A stretch of DNA of 64,000 nt from Octopus vulgaris (taxonomy: Eukaryota). The stretch spans positions 68,882,001 through 68,946,000 of the forward strand of contig OX597822.1 in assembly GCA_951406725.2 (NCBI GenBank), written 5' to 3'. Of this stretch, positions 1 to 13,152 are shown piece by piece (positions within the stretch are counted from its first letter, which is position 1; each line of letters starts with the position of its first letter). Below the pieces are notes generated by a model that was not told the DNA's origin, searched no databases, and was given only the letters and a program-made list of their open reading frames with translations. The translations under genes were made by a program, and so were the position numbers.

Positions 1-459
1 ACTTTACTCTCCTATCTTCCCCCTCTTCCTCTCTCCAATTTCTTCCTACAATTTCTCTACACCGCCTCACCTTTATCTACCCTTTCTCTCATTCTCTAAA
101 GTTTTAATGTCTATCTGCTTCTCTTCCCTTTCCCAACAGAAGACCTATTCAGTCATAATTCCTGTCACAAAAGACCAGTTTTCACCATCTCCTCCATTCT
201 TTACTTTCCTGTTCTTTCAAAACTGATTTTTTTTCGTTGCCAGTTCACACATTTCTCCCTTTGTCTTTCTTTCTTCACTAAACTTTTTTAAGCGACTTCC
301 TCTCTCCTTACATTTACTCTCTCTCTCTCTCATTCTATTTTAATCTCGCTATCTCCTCTTTCATTTAATACACTTTCTATTTTCCCCCTTTCTTAAGGTT
401 TTTCTTATACCTTCCCGCTTCCATGTGTCTGTCTTTATTCTCTGTATCTTTCTCTATAG

Positions 460-538
<79 letters not shown>

Positions 539-1060
539 CATATTCCTCTTTCTCTTACTATATATTAATTTAACTATCTATCACTTTATATTTATCTCTG
601 TCACCTGTTTTTGCTATATCACAACTCGAAGTCTTTTTCTTTTTTTGTCTCACGTTTTCACTCCGTCTTATTGTCTGTGTAATATATTTGTCTTTTTTTC
701 TCTCACTACTTTGGCCTCTATCCTTATCTTTGTGCTATCAGCAACTCTTCCTCTCGTCATACGTTAATCTGTCGCCCTTCTCTCTCTCTATCTCTCTCAC
801 GATCTCGTTTTTTTCGTCTTTCCTCCTCATCCTCTCTTAATCTTTTCTATATCTCACATTATCTCTTTCTCTCTCTTCTTCACCCTCTAACTCTCCCTCG
901 TCTCTCATCCCTTTCTTTCTCACGATCTCACTTATTCATCTTTCCTCCTTCTCTCTTGATCTTTTCTGTATCTCATATCTCTCACCCTCTCTATTTCTAA
1001 CTTTTCCCCCTTCCCTCTTTTTCGTTCTTTTCTCCTCTCTGCCATTTCTTTCATTTAAAT
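1..1060. repeat. Pyrimidine-rich low-complexity tract including (CT)n(TA)n at ~464-532
   Basis: Strong C/T bias on the + strand; ORF 423-767 is a translation of the microsatellite. Confidence 0.9.
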
Positions 1061-2116
1061 TCTTTTAACTTGAAACTTGACAGATATCCTAAACAAGAGC
1101 CACCACGACATTTTTGACAACGTTATCAATTATATGAACATTTTCCATTTTTCTCTTGCATTTTGTCCTTTAACAATATCATTTTTGATGATAATCAATG
1201 TTTTGACTGCAAATACCGGCAAATTATTTGTTTAGTAGTTGTTAATTTAGTTTCGAAGAATATCTTTGTTATAAAAGTATATTAAGAATAAAAAAAAATG
1301 TTATTAAGTTCAAGGATATCAATTCTTTAAACTTAAGACTTCAAACTCTAGCATTATTTTTTTCAATAAAGCCCTTCACTGAAAGTTGTGGGTTCAAGTA
1401 ACACCTCAGTTTGGCGCTCAATATTTTTTCATATATCTACTTATTCAAATTCTCTCACATCTATCTATCTATCTATGTCTAGTTCACACACACACACATA
1501 TATGTATGTATACACACACATCTTGCTCGCTTTTCAATTAGTAAATAGAAATGTTTTCTTAGAACAAACCCTAGCTTAATAATAAATATCGTATTTTTGT
1601 TACAATCATGATATAGTTTTAATTTTCCTTTCATCTACCTTTCTTTTCGTCAATTTTTTTTTTTTTTTTTACTTTTTTTAAAATTTTGGCTTTCATTTTT
1701 TTCTTAAAGTTTCTTCTTTTTCTTTTATGTAATGGAATAAAATTTTCATAATTAAAATATTCGTTTCAGACATCTACTATTCATATAGGACATTGTTTCA
1801 GTATTATTCCTCGTCTGAAAAATGGTCTTGTTCTTAGGTTTGGGAGTTGACGGTGAGGTTAGTACTATGATTAGAAATTGCACGATTCCAGGTTGAAGAT
1901 TGACGAGTTGAACAAACAATTTATCTTCAGAGGAAAGGTGCAAACGTAAAGTTTATTATATATAAATAAGTTTCCGCATTCGATCTTTACTAAGGATGGG
2001 TCTACCTATTTTGTGCCACATTTTTTTGAAATGACAATCAGTAAACAGCGTGACCTGTCACGAAACAAACATTGGTTATGCAACACTCTCCATCTCTGCT
2101 GTGTCTGTTCTGTATT

Positions 2117-2316
2117 GAGCTGGCGGAATTGGTAGTACAACGGGCAAAATGCCTTGAGACTCTACGTTTTGAGTTCCAATTCTGCCGAGGTCGACTTTGC
2201 CTTTTATCCTTTCGGGGTCGTTAAAATGAGTACCAGTCGAGCACTGGGGTCTATGTATTCGACTAGCTACCTCCCGCCAAATTTCAGGCCTTGTGCCTTT
2301 AATAAAAAGGATTATT
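2117..2316 (+). mobile_element. SINE family B' (short-tail variant)
   Basis: gagctggcggaa...gccgaggtcgactttgccttttatcctttcggggtcg...agtaccag...aaatttcaggccttgtgcct; the same sequence recurs at 24308, 24925, 49361, 53258 and 53720. Confidence 0.85.
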
Positions 2317-3000
2317 TTAAGGCAGCACACACAAAAAAAAGCATGTCCGGTCCCATGTAAACTAACTTAAAGAAACGGTATGGTAAAAATCTGCATGGCA
2401 CTGGAATTAAATGTCTTTTAGTGATTTGTTCTGTCCTATATTGTTTTCAAATCATTTCGAGTTCACTTTGAGCCTCTCATCAATCGACTTATTTCCACTT
2501 ACAAATTTGTAACCTTTTGCCAATATGAGAAATCATTATCGTTTCTATAGTGATGACACAGACAGTGGCTATCTTTTTATATGCTTTATAAATAAAATAA
2601 ATAAAAAATAAATATTCTGAGATCTCATCCCAGTGGAGATGTTCACTTCAGCTTTCATTCCTCGGAGGGTTGATTAAATAAGTATCATTCCATTTGTTTT
2701 TCTTTCTTTTTCTTCGCTTTTTCTCTTTTCATAGTCTTTCGTTCTTTATCTTCTTTTTCATTCTCTTTATCTTCTTTTTGTTTTTGACTCACATTCTCTT
2801 CTCTACAGTCCCTCTCTCTCACTCTTCCATTTTATTCTCTCTCCCATGCATACACATCTTGCTTTACACATTCAGAAAATGATATACACATGTCATATTC
2901 AGATAAAGAATCTTGCAAACACGTGGTTTGTAAGATTCTTTATGTAAATTCGTGTGTTGAAATATTTTGTTGAGTCTAGAGAGTTACATACAACAATATA

Positions 3001-3314
3001 TAGGAGCGGCTGTGTGGTAAGTAGCTTGCTTATGAACCACATGGTTCCAGGTTCAGTCCCACTGCATGACACCTTGGGCAAGTGTCTTCTACTATAGCCT
3101 CGGGCCAGCCAAAGCCTTGTGAGAGGATTTGGTTGACGGAAACTCAACGAAGCCTATCATATATATATATATTTATATATATATATTTAAATCTATGTAT
3201 GTATATGCTTGTGTGTCTGTGTTTGTCCCCCCAACATCTCTTGACAACCGATGCTGGTGTGTTTACGTCCCCGTAACTTAGCAGTTTGGCAAAAGAGACC
3301 AATAGAACAAGTAC
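3001..3314 (+). mobile_element. SINE family A (tRNA-like head, CORE-like centre, internal TA/TG tract), 3' truncated
   Basis: ggctgtgtggtaagtagcttgctt...ggttcagtccc...accttgggcaagtgtcttctactatagcc; about 20 copies in the window. Confidence 0.9.
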
Positions 3315-3369
3315 ACAACCACACCTATTTCTTTATTACCCACAAGGGGCTGAACATAGAGGGGACAAA

Positions 3370-3800
3370 CACAACCATACCACACAACACCACATCACAT
3401 CACACCACCACGCACGCACTAGCACTGACCACCTCCCAGCCCCATACCATCATCCATACACCTACATATGCACACACGCACATGTCAAGGTCACCAGCCC
3501 TCTTCCACATATTGTCTTATACACAAGCACACACACCTTCATTTTGGGATCACCACTACTTTATTATCTCCCCTTCTTCCTAGCTTTCCTGTGTGACCCC
3601 TCTGTCTGGCATTCACCATGATAGATCGCTAGCCACTACACATTCTTTATTTTCTCTCCCTGTTTCTTTCTGTGGAAGAGCGTAGGCTTGAAACTTTAAA
3701 GACTTTTTCACTTCCCGAGCATTAAGCTAATACATCTGTTTGTTGTCTGCACCACCTGTCTTCATCTTTCGTTTTTTTGTGAATTCTCCCTATATATATA
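3370..3800 (+). mobile_element. Dispersed repeat P1, probably a Penelope-like retroelement terminus
   Basis: Homologous to 45740-46100; ends in (TA)n; degenerate gaagagcgtaggcttgaaac hammerhead-like motif. Confidence 0.55.
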
Positions 3801-3809
3801 TGTATATGT

Positions 3810-4340
3810 TTATAATTGTTAATCAGGACATCAAACATTAATGCAAGGCAAACATCTCAAGTCATATACAATATTATTATAAGAAGAAATTCAAAATCTT
3901 ACAGCTGTTTCTGGGATATTCCTGAGAATGGGATCAGAGACAAATAGGGGAAAAAATATAAGGAAAATGAGAATGGTATGTATTAAGATGACAACATAGA
4001 GGAAAGGTGTAAAAGAATAAGGAGATGGAAAGAGAGAAGTAAAAAGAAGCATAAAAGTTCATTGTTCAGTTTTCCAAAGTTACAGAAACCAGAGCATGAG
4101 TCCTTAGGCGCAATCCTGTGTAGCTCCATGTGGGTTAAAGTCTTGATATTGTAGACAACCCAAGAAAAAGACACGAATATATCAACGTTCAATAACAGAA
4201 TGGTAGCGGAGGTGGCTATTAATCGGTAAAAGTAAAGAAAAGACAATAAATAAAAAGAGAGGTAGATAGAGTAAGGTATTCTTTTACTCTCTTCCTCTAT
4301 GTTGTCATCTTATTAATATATACCATTTTTATTTCCCTGT
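3810..4340 (-). mobile_element. Penelope-like fragment with internal inverted repeat (3968-4020 vs 4277-4332)
   Basis: taagatgacaacatagaggaa is inverted as ttcctctatgttgtcatctta; minus strand gaaacagctgtaaga motif is shared with 8826-8846. Confidence 0.5.
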
Positions 4341-4719
4341 GACCAGACATGCTAGAAGCAAACAACTTTGCTTGTATGACAATGATGCTCATTTACAAAT
4401 CATTACTTGATCTCCAGACACTCAGAGCAACTCAGCCACTAGTACTTTGGACATTGTTGTTTAGTAGTACTGAGCTATGATTTTTGAAAGAAAGGAAAAA
4501 GAAAAAGAAAAAGGTAAAAAGAGACAAAAAAATAAGATATTGAAAAAACAAACAAAAACAACAAATAGATAAGAAGAATAAAATTTTTGAAAAGCTTACA
4601 AAAATGGGAAAAAATAAAATCTTATCAACAAAGATAATTTGTATTTAAACTGAAAAAAACTTTTTATTTTATTTTACACTCAAACACTTACACATAGAAA
4701 CATACTCTCTACAGCAGTT

Positions 4720-4882
4720 TTTTTTTTTCAGCTTCCATCTACCAAATCCATTTAGAAGAGTCTGATCAACCTTGGGCTATAGCAGAAGACACTTTCCCAA
4801 GGTATTTACTGCGCTGTGGGATTGAACCGAAGGCCATATAGTTGGGAAACAAACTTGTTAACCACACTGCCACGCCTGCATC
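4720..4882 (-). mobile_element. SINE family A, 5' half, diverged
   Basis: cagcttccatctaccaaatcc...gaagacactttcccaagg...accacactgccacgcctgca. Confidence 0.8.
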
Positions 4883-5414
4883 TATTCTGCATTAAAAATA
4901 CATTGACACTAACTTAACTAAATATTGTAATGCTCTCTGTCCACTTCAGTATCTCTACTAACCTCTGTCTATTGTCTCAGCAGACATTCATCATTTTCTT
5001 CTATCTTCGCCACATCTTTTTGGAGGTACTTTGATAATACAGCAACTTTTTTAAAACATCCAAAAGTTAAATATTACTTACTTCAAAGACGTAAGACCAT
5101 ATCGCATTTCATTCTTTCTTCTCAATAATAACTTTTAAGTTCAAAGATTTCTACTCGTTGAACATGCAATGACCACATATTCTTCACATAGATAATATTA
5201 CATTACAAAGGCTGGATTGCCTTTTCTGAACCTGAAAATGTTTGAAACTAGTCATAAGCAGCTGCTAACTCTGAACAAAGCACCAAATGAACCCACAACT
5301 GTAGTATCGCTCACACTTTTGAAACAGTGCACTCACTTTTAACACAGATGTATCTCAGATGGTAAAGGGCAAAAAGATATCTATTTGGTAAGTAGTCCTT
5401 CACTCAGCAATTTA

Positions 5415-5600
5415 GGTGCAGGCATGGCTGTGTGGTTAAGAAACTTGCTTTGTAACCACATGGTTTCAGGTTCAGTCCTACTGTGCGACATTATGGGTAG
5501 ATGTCTTCTATTATAGCCTTGGTGTGACTAATGCCTTCTGAGTAAATTTGGTAGCCAGAAGTTGCCTATCTGATTGGAAACCCATTGTATACACACACAC
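5415..5600 (+). mobile_element. SINE family A, 5' half, diverged
   Basis: ggtgcaggcatggctgtgtggttaag...ggttcagtcc...tgtcttctattatagcc. Confidence 0.8.
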
Positions 5601-6110
5601 ATACGCACATATATATATATGTAACGGATTTATTTTTGTAACGATAATGTTTTTAGTTGAAGTCGACGGTCACCAATTGTAACGGTAGAAATTGATTTGT
5701 AAACAATATTATAAAATGTCGGAGTCAGCAGTTGTAATGATAAAAAGTTATTGCTATGATTGCATGTTGTATGATGAGAAAGATGTGTGTGGTGGATCTT
5801 GCATGCATGAAGTGGATTTGATCCATCACATATATATATAAGTTCATTAGTTAGGAATTGTTCATATTCAGTTTTTCTTATTCATTTTCATATTCATGTG
5901 GGATGCAGAAACATGATGCATTAATGAAGCCTATGAATTTCCACCTGCAAGTTATTATCATTATTATTATATTTATCCTAAGCTGAAAGTTGTTCCACCT
6001 ATACAACCATTCCATTAGATTATACTGACAGGTGGTAGTAATCAACAAGAAGCATAGGAGCTTTTAGGAGTGCATTTTGAGACATTTGCTAAAAAAAAAA
6101 TGACTTTTTC

Positions 6111-6328
6111 GTGGCCGTTGCCAGTACCGCCTGACTGGCCCTTGTGATGGTGGCACGTAAAAGCACCCACTACACTCTCGGAGTGGTTGGTGTTAGGAAG
6201 GGCATCCAGCTGTAGAAACTCTGCCAGATCAAGATTGGAGCCTGGTGCAGCCATCTGGCTCGCCAGTCCTCAGTCAAATCGTCCAACCCATGCTAGCATG
6301 GAAAGCGGACGTTAAACGATGATGATGA
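6111..6328 (+). mobile_element. 5'-truncated RTE LINE 3' UTR (family C), (GAT)n tail
   Basis: gcacccactacactctcggagtggttggtgttaggaagggcatccagctgtagaaac...ggacgttaaacgatgatgatga; same sequence follows an RTE ORF end at 7645-8110. Confidence 0.85.
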
Positions 6329-6339
6329 AGCTAAATGAA

Positions 6340-6572
6340 TTTGTGTGTGAGTGTTACTGTCTCTTTGCTTTGACATTACATGATAGTTGCAAATAATGTG
6401 TTCTTCATTTCCAATATTCTGTGAAAACATGTCTGGTCATGAGGAAACATTACCTTACTTAGAAACAGGTGAGTATTGGTAACAGGAAGGACATCTAACC
6501 ACAGAAAATCTGCTTCAACAAGTTCTGTCTGACCCATGAAAAGTGGATGTTAAAATGGCAAAAATGATGATG
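6340..6572 (+). mobile_element. Repeat with RTE-like 3' tail (family I)
   Basis: aaacatgtctggtcatg...ggaaggacatc...gacccatg...gtggatgttaaa; homolog on minus strand at ~58680-58900. Confidence 0.6.
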
Positions 6573-6775
6573 GTCACCTGACTTGCTAGAAACAGCAGTC
6601 TATATGCATATAATTAACCTATTAACCATGATTTCTCATGGAATCCCCAGCATCCTCTCATGGAACGCTGCATTGGAAATGTTTTTGGGATAGCAATGGG
6701 ATAAAAGGCATGTTTGACCTCAACAGGTTTTGAACTCAAAAGATAAAAAAACTAAAGCTTATAAAGTATTCAGTG

Positions 6776-7100
6776 TGTGAAGGCACATAGCTTAGTGGTT
6801 AGGGGTATTCAGCTCACAGTCGTAAGGTCCTGAGTTCGATACCTAGTGATGCATTTTGTCCTTGAGCGAGATACTTTGTTTCACATTGGTCCAGTCCACT
6901 CAGCTTGTAAAAATGTGTTTTGCCTGTTTTTCAAAGGTTCAGCCGTGTCACATTTGGTGTGTAATGCTGAATCTCCTTGAGTACTACAATAAGGGTATGC
7001 ATGTCTCTGTGGAGTGCTCAACCACTTGTAAGTTAATTTCATAAGAGGATGATCCGTTAATGAGATCAACTGAAACACTCATTGTAACTGGTGGAGTACC
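6776..7100 (+). mobile_element. tRNA-derived SINE family D
   Basis: A-box-like tagcttagtgg, B-box-like gagttcgatacc, followed by gtccttgagcgagatactttgtttcac core shared with family E. Confidence 0.7.
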
Positions 7101-7248
7101 AGTGATTCAGTGTAGGGCATTACACTCTCAGCATTCTCCATCACCAATTATGAAATGTTCTTATAAAATGTGACCTAATGAAGGAGCATCTATGAGGTCT
7201 CAGCATGTTTAAATAATGGCTAAATTTCTCTCTGACAACAACCTGCTG

Positions 7249-7635
7249 CAGGGCTGGATTAAGACCCATTGAGGCCCTAAGCACCTAAAAGATTCTGGTG
7301 CCCCCATAAAAGATTATGTAATTCAAAATATAAACAATAACAAACCATAAAATAAATTTTTATTTTTGTATACTTCCACTTTATTTATATTTGAAAAGTT
7401 TCCTCCTACTTTTTTGAATTGCAAAGTCTTTGATCAGATCCTCAAAATTAATCTTCAGTAACACATCTGCATCTATACTTAGTAGAGGTAAAGGCATTCC
7501 AAATATTATTTTACCAAGTTTAAAGTGATTTCTTTTGTGCCATAAACCATTTACCATTTCTCTGGTGCCCCCCACCCTCCTTCCTTTGATGCCCTAAGCA
7601 TGTGCTTATTTTACTTAATGGTTAATCCAGATCTG
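7249..7635 (-). mobile_element. hAT-derived MITE (family G)
   Basis: Termini cagggctggattaa / ttaatccagatctg; perfect 8-bp TSD acctgctg (7241-7248, 7636-7643); minus strand LLSIDADVLLKINFEDLIKDFAIQKSRRK resembles a hAT transposase C-terminus. Confidence 0.92.
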
Positions 7636-7644
7636 ACCTGCTGC

Positions 7645-8091
7645 CTTGCATCAAGAAGGGCTGTTCTCTAACTGTGGAGGGAACCTGTAGAGGTAGAGGC
7701 AGGAAGACATGTGGCAAGGTGATGAAGTATGATCTTTAAATGTTGAGTCTCATGGAGGTGATGGCAAATGATCAAGACCTTTGGCAATTTTCTGTGACCG
7801 AGAAGACACATCAAGCCATGTGAAATCATAGTCATGACCAGAGCTGCTGACACATAAAAAGCACTTGAGCTGATGACACTTAAAAGGTGCCTGTGCCAGT
7901 GACATGTAAAAGGTACCCATGCTGGTGATACATAAAAGGCACCCACTACACTCTTGGAGTGGTTGGTGTTAGGAAGGGCATCCAACCATAGAAACCAAGC
8001 CAAAATCAGACTGGCATCTGGTGCAGTTTTCCAGCTTGCTTGTCCCAGTCAAACTATTTAACCCATCTCAGCATGGAAAATGGATGCTAAA

Positions 8092-8110
<19 letters not shown>
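7645..8110 (+). mobile_element. RTE-clade LINE 3' end: ORF terminus plus family C 3' UTR
   Basis: CIKKGCSLTVEGTCRGRGRKT...MANDQDLWQFSVTEKTHQAM* runs directly into the family C sequence and (GAT)n tail. Confidence 0.85.
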
Positions 8111-8125
<15 letters not shown>

Positions 8126-8214
8126 GGTGGTGGTGAAGTACACTGTCTGAAAACATGGCAGGATGGTCGTGTTTGGAACAACTTTGGTCATAGATCTGCT
8201 GAATCAGGACTGAT

Positions 8215-9560
8215 TAGATTTATCTTTTTATTTTTCATTTGTTTCAGACATTACACTGCGATCATGCTATAGCATTACTTTGAAGGGGATTTTTTAGCTG
8301 AACAAATTGACCCCAGGACTTATTTTTCAAGTCTAGTATTTATTCTATCGATCTCTTATGCTGAACTGCAAAGTTATAGTGATATAAACAAAGGTGCAGG
8401 AGTGGCTGTGTGGTAAGTAGCTTGCTTACCAACCACATGGTTCTGGGTTCATTCCCACTGTGTGACACCTTGGGCAAGTGTCTTCTACTATAGCCCTGGG
8501 CCGACCACAGCCTTGTGAGTGGATCTGGTAGACAGAAACTGAAAGAAGCCCATTGTATATATGTATGTATATATACAAGATGAGAAAATGGAGAAATACA
8601 TCTAAATCAAATATCAATTACCAGATAATACTCAATCACATACTTTATTAAACCACCACATAAGAGACTGTAGGGTAAGATATAAAAAGCAGAACAAATC
8701 AGTGTACATAAAGGAATGTACATAAAAAAGTGTACATAAAAAAGTAATGTTGTATAATAAGTAGAATATATATATATAAAAGAGAATATAAATATAAGTA
8801 AATATAAATATAAGTATAGATTACATCTTACAGCTGTTTCGGCCATGTAGATAAGTATGTCTCATTTTACCAATATTAGCCCTTTATGGTAGGTCAATAT
8901 ATAGATATATGTATATGTGTGTATATGTTTGTGTATCTGTGTTTGTCCCCCCAACATCACTTGAAACCGATGGTGGTGTGTTTACGTCCCCGTCACTTAG
9001 CGGTTCGGCAAGAGAGACCGATAGAATAAGTACTAGGCTTATAAAGAATAAGTCCTGGGGTTGATTTGCTCGACTAAAGGCGGTGCTCCAGCATGGCCAT
9101 AGTCAAATGACTGAAACAAGAAAAAGAGTAAAGAGTGAGAGTAAAGAAATACCAGTTGCCAAGCAATGAGAGGGACTAACACAAACACGAAGAAAAGCAC
9201 ACACACACACACAAACACAAAGAAACACACATACAAACCACTCACACACTACACACACTCACATACACATGTATGACAGGCTTCCACAGAGTTTCCATGT
9301 ACCAAATTCACTCACAAGGCATTGGACAACCTGGGGCTATAGTAGAAGACACTTGCCCAAGGTGCTTTTCTACTCTAGGTACAAGCCCCGAAATTTTTTT
9401 TTTGGTTGGGGTGGGGGGTGTCCAGTCGATTAGATCGAATCCAGTATGCAACTGGTACTTAATTTATCAACCTTGAAAGGATGAGAGGCAAAGTCGACCT
9501 TGCTTAAGATGCTGTGCAATAGGACTGGACCCAAAACTGTGATTGCAAGCTAAGCTTCTC
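8215..9560. mobile_element. Nested cluster: minus SINE A split by plus SINE A (8392-9135), itself split by a Penelope-like fragment (~8575-8900); B' fragment at 9365-9500
   Basis: Family A halves resume in register on either side of each insertion. Confidence 0.75.
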
Positions 9561-9603
9561 AACTACACAACCAATCCCTGCTCCATGAAAAATGGGTTTT
9601 TTT

Positions 9604-9754
9604 ACCCACTACACTCTTGGAGTGGTTGGCATTAGGAAGGGCATCCAGCTGTAGAAACTCTGCCAGATCAAGATTGGAGCCTGGTGCAGCCATCTGGTTC
9701 GCCAGACCTCAGTCAAATCATCCAACCCAGCTAGCAGGGAAAGCGGATGTTAAG

Positions 9755-9797
<43 letters not shown>

Positions 9798-9805
9798 AAT
9801 GATGA
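9604..9805 (+). mobile_element. RTE 3' UTR (family C) with expanded (GAT)n tail
   Basis: acccactacactcttggagtggttggcattaggaagggcatccagc...gatgatgat. Confidence 0.85.
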
Positions 9806-10368
9806 TTTTTCATGGTAAAATAAAGTTGATGACAGGATCTGTGTCATTTATGTTGATGATTAGGGTTATAGTGGTGGTGGTGGTGGTGGTGGTGGTGTTA
9901 GTGTAGTGTCAGTGAGAATAAATGGTGTTTGTCTTTGGTGAAGTTTGTTTTATTGTTGTTGTTTAACACCAGGTCAGCCCTGATGAAGAAGACTGATGAA
10001 AGCAAGCATTCCAGTTATGACCATTCCATGTACAAGAAACCTAAGATTTCATTATCCATATTCTCAGATAAAGGAGGCATGATTTGAAGATTTGGCTGCT
10101 ACTTCTAGCAGGTTAAGCGACCATATATAAGATCCTTCTTTGGTTCGGCTGATGATGCTAAATATAGTGCTGGTGACGATAATAATGATGGTGGTGGTGA
10201 TGGTAGTGGTGGTAGTGGTGGTAGTGGTGATAGTGCTGCTGCTGCTGATGATGATGATGACGATGATTGTGATTCTTTACCTAGGCATGAGGGGTGTTAT
10301 ATCATATAGACTCTTACCAAGTTGGAGGAAGAGCAGAAGAAAATTACAGAATTTGAAAGAAATAATCT

Positions 10369-10369
<1 letters not shown>

Positions 10370-10450
<81 letters not shown>
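10370..10450. repeat. (TG)n microsatellite, ~40 units
   Basis: Perfect dinucleotide run. Confidence 0.97.
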
Positions 10451-10453
<3 letters not shown>

Positions 10454-10596
10454 GTGGTTGTTGGCTCTTGTGAAAAGCTAGTAGTGGTTCATGGGTTCAA
10501 TATGTGTATGTATGTATGTGTGTGTGTATGTGTTTGAAAAGTTAGTAATGGTTCATGGGTTCAATATGTGTATGTATGTATGTATGTGTGTGTGTA

Positions 10597-10627
<31 letters not shown>

Positions 10628-10832
10628 AATGCTTTCCGTAGCAAGCTAGATGGGTCTGTTATGGGTAGCAAAATTATATTCAATGTTATTGGCTGTAAAG
10701 CTGCACATCATCAGCTCAGGGACAGTTATCTATCTTCATACATACATTTAGGCTTGGTGGGTTTTCTCTGCTAACACCTGCCAGCTTGCCTGATTATTGT
10801 CACCACGCCCACGCATACACACACACACACAC

Positions 10833-10877
<45 letters not shown>

Positions 10878-11052
10878 CAAACATACACAGCAAACCAGTA
10901 TGTTGCTCTCTAGATTTCTCTCTCACTTTCCGTTTTAATTATGGTTTCTTTTCAGTTTTCATTCTTTCTTTCTTTTAATACCCATCCCCTCTGTCTTTTT
11001 CTGTGTACACCCTATTTATTTTAATTTCATTTGTTATATATTTCTCAATATA

Positions 11053-11287
11053 TATTTTCTTTACTGCCCACAAGGGGCTAAATATAGAGGGGACAAACAA
11101 GGACAGACAAAGGAGTTAAGTCGATTACATCGACCCCAGTGCGAAACTGGTTCTTTATTTATCGACCTCGAAAGGATGAAAGGTAAAGTCGACCTTGGTG
11201 GAATTTGAACTCAGAACGTAACGACAGATGAAATACCGCTAAGCATTTCGCCCGGCGCGATAACCTTTCTGCCAGCTCGCCACCTCT
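11053..11287 (-). mobile_element. SINE family B, full length
   Basis: Flanked by 16-bp direct repeat tatatttctcaatata; central gcctttcatcctttcg.ggtcgataaa-type domain on the minus strand. Confidence 0.9.
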
Positions 11288-11302
11288 ATATTTCTCAATA
11301 TA

Positions 11303-11695
11303 GGCACAGGCATGGCTGTGTGGTAAGTAGCTTGCTTACCAACCACATGTTTATAGGTTCAGTCCCACTGCGTGGCACCTTGGGCAAGTGTCTTCTACTA
11401 TAGCCTTGGCCTGACCAAAGCCTTGTGAGTGGATTTGGTAGACGGTAACTGAAAGAAGCCCATTGTATATATATATATATATAAGTTTGTGTCTGTCTTT
11501 GTCCCCACCATCATCGCTTGACAACAGATGTTGGTGTGTTTATGTTCCTGTAATTTAGCAGTTCAGTAAAAGAGGCTGATAGAATAAGTACTAGGCTTAC
11601 AAAGAATAAGTCCTGGGGTCGAGTTGTTTGACTAAAGGTGGTGCTCCAGCATGGCCACAGTCAACTGACTGAAACTAGTAAAAGAATAAAAGAAA
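11303..11695 (+). mobile_element. SINE family A, full length
   Basis: Head ggcacaggcatggctgtgtgg to tail ggtggtgctccagcatggccacagtcaactgactgaaactagtaaaag. Confidence 0.92.
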
Positions 11696-12344
11696 GAAAG
11701 AATATCCTAATTATTTTACTCTCTTTACCTCTCTCTCTCTCTCCCTCTTTCTCTTTTTCACTTTTTTCTCAATCACCACACACACTCTTTTATCCTTTTA
11801 TTCTTTTATCCTTTTATTCTCTTATCCTTTTACATGTTCCAGTCACTTGTCTGTGGCCATGCTGGAGCATTGTTTTGAAGGGTTTTATTTGAAGAAATCA
11901 ACCCCAGGACTTATTCTCTGTAAGCATAGTACTTATTCTATCGATCTGTTTTTGCCAAACCGTTAAGTTGCAAGGATATAAACACACCAACATCTGTTGT
12001 CAAGTGACGGTGGTGGGTCAAACACAGACACAAAGACACACACACATAAATATATACATACTAGATGTACCTGCCATGACCCATTGGGTGACAACCACTC
12101 CAAGTTGAAAATGTCAATGAGCAACAGGAAAGGAAAAAATACTATTTTAAACGTTGAGCAATGAAATTCTTAAATAATACAAGTCCTCCTGCCTTTGGTA
12201 TGACAACATAAACACAACCAAATGTTTTTTTCTTTGAAAACATTCAAATGGCCTTCAACTTTTTTCCTTGCTTCCTTCTTTGCCGTTCTTTGTTACTACT
12301 GTATATATATACATAAACAAAGTATATATATATATATATATATA

Positions 12345-12522
12345 TCATCATCATCATGATCATCATGATCATCATTTAACGTCCGTTCTCCATGCTAGCA
12401 TGGGTTGGACGGTTCAACCGGAGTTCTGGGAAGCCAGAAGGCTGCACCAGGCTCCAGTCTAATCTGGCAATGTTTCTACAGCTGGATGCCCTTCCTAACG
12501 CCAGGATGCCCTTCCTAACGCC
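12345..12522 (-). mobile_element. RTE 3' UTR (family C), truncated, with 20-bp tandem duplication at the break
   Basis: catcatttaacgtccgttctccatgctagcatggg...; ggatgcccttcctaacgcca occurs twice in tandem. Confidence 0.8.
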
Positions 12523-12523
12523 A

Positions 12524-12583
<60 letters not shown>

Positions 12584-12587
<4 letters not shown>

Positions 12588-13148
12588 GTTGTTCAGAAAG
12601 TTTGTGCTGATTTATAGTAGCTTACCTTTCGACTTATTTTAGAACATGGCTGAGTCCATAAAATAGGATTTGACTACACCTCCATTTAGAGCAGAGTTTA
12701 AGCTATCTTTTCATGGAAGAAGATTTATGCTCCTATAACCTGTGTTAATTCTCTAACCCTTTAAAATGGAAGATAAGAAAGTTCCTTTTTGGCATTTGAT
12801 GCTTTGGGAACCAGACAAAAATTGCTGCAGCTCGGCTGGGATGTGTTACCCCACCTTCCATATTCACCAGATATTGCTCCTTTGGATTTACACTTAATCA
12901 GGTCTCTGCAGAATAGTCTTAATGGTAAAAATTTCAATTCCTTGGATGACATAAAAAGAGACCTTGATGAATTCTTTGCCATGAAACCAGCTCAATTCTG
13001 GGAAGAGGGTATTTTCAAGTTAAAGGAAAGATGGAGATGCATTGTGCAACAAAATGCTTCATATTTGGTTGATTAAAATGATTAAAAATGTAATGGCAAG
13101 TATTTATTTACCTTTTTCTTTCCTTTAAAAATTGACATGACAACCCAA
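12584..13148 (+). mobile_element. Internally deleted mariner transposon
   Basis: TA-flanked TIRs ttgggttgt...acaacccaa; MEDKKV start fused to TRQKLLQLGWDVLPHLPYSPDIAPLDLHLIRSLQNSL...WEEGIFKLKERW (YSPDLAPSD-type motif). Confidence 0.95.
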
Positions 13149-13152
13149 TATA

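Noticed and set aside
12484-12582. 20-bp tandem duplication followed by poly(A) and (TA)n
   Set aside because: Could be slippage or a contig-join artefact; no independent support for function
12789-13076. SETMAR-like or functional transposase gene
   Set aside because: Most of the transposase is deleted and the sequence is bounded by TIRs; it is a transposon remnant
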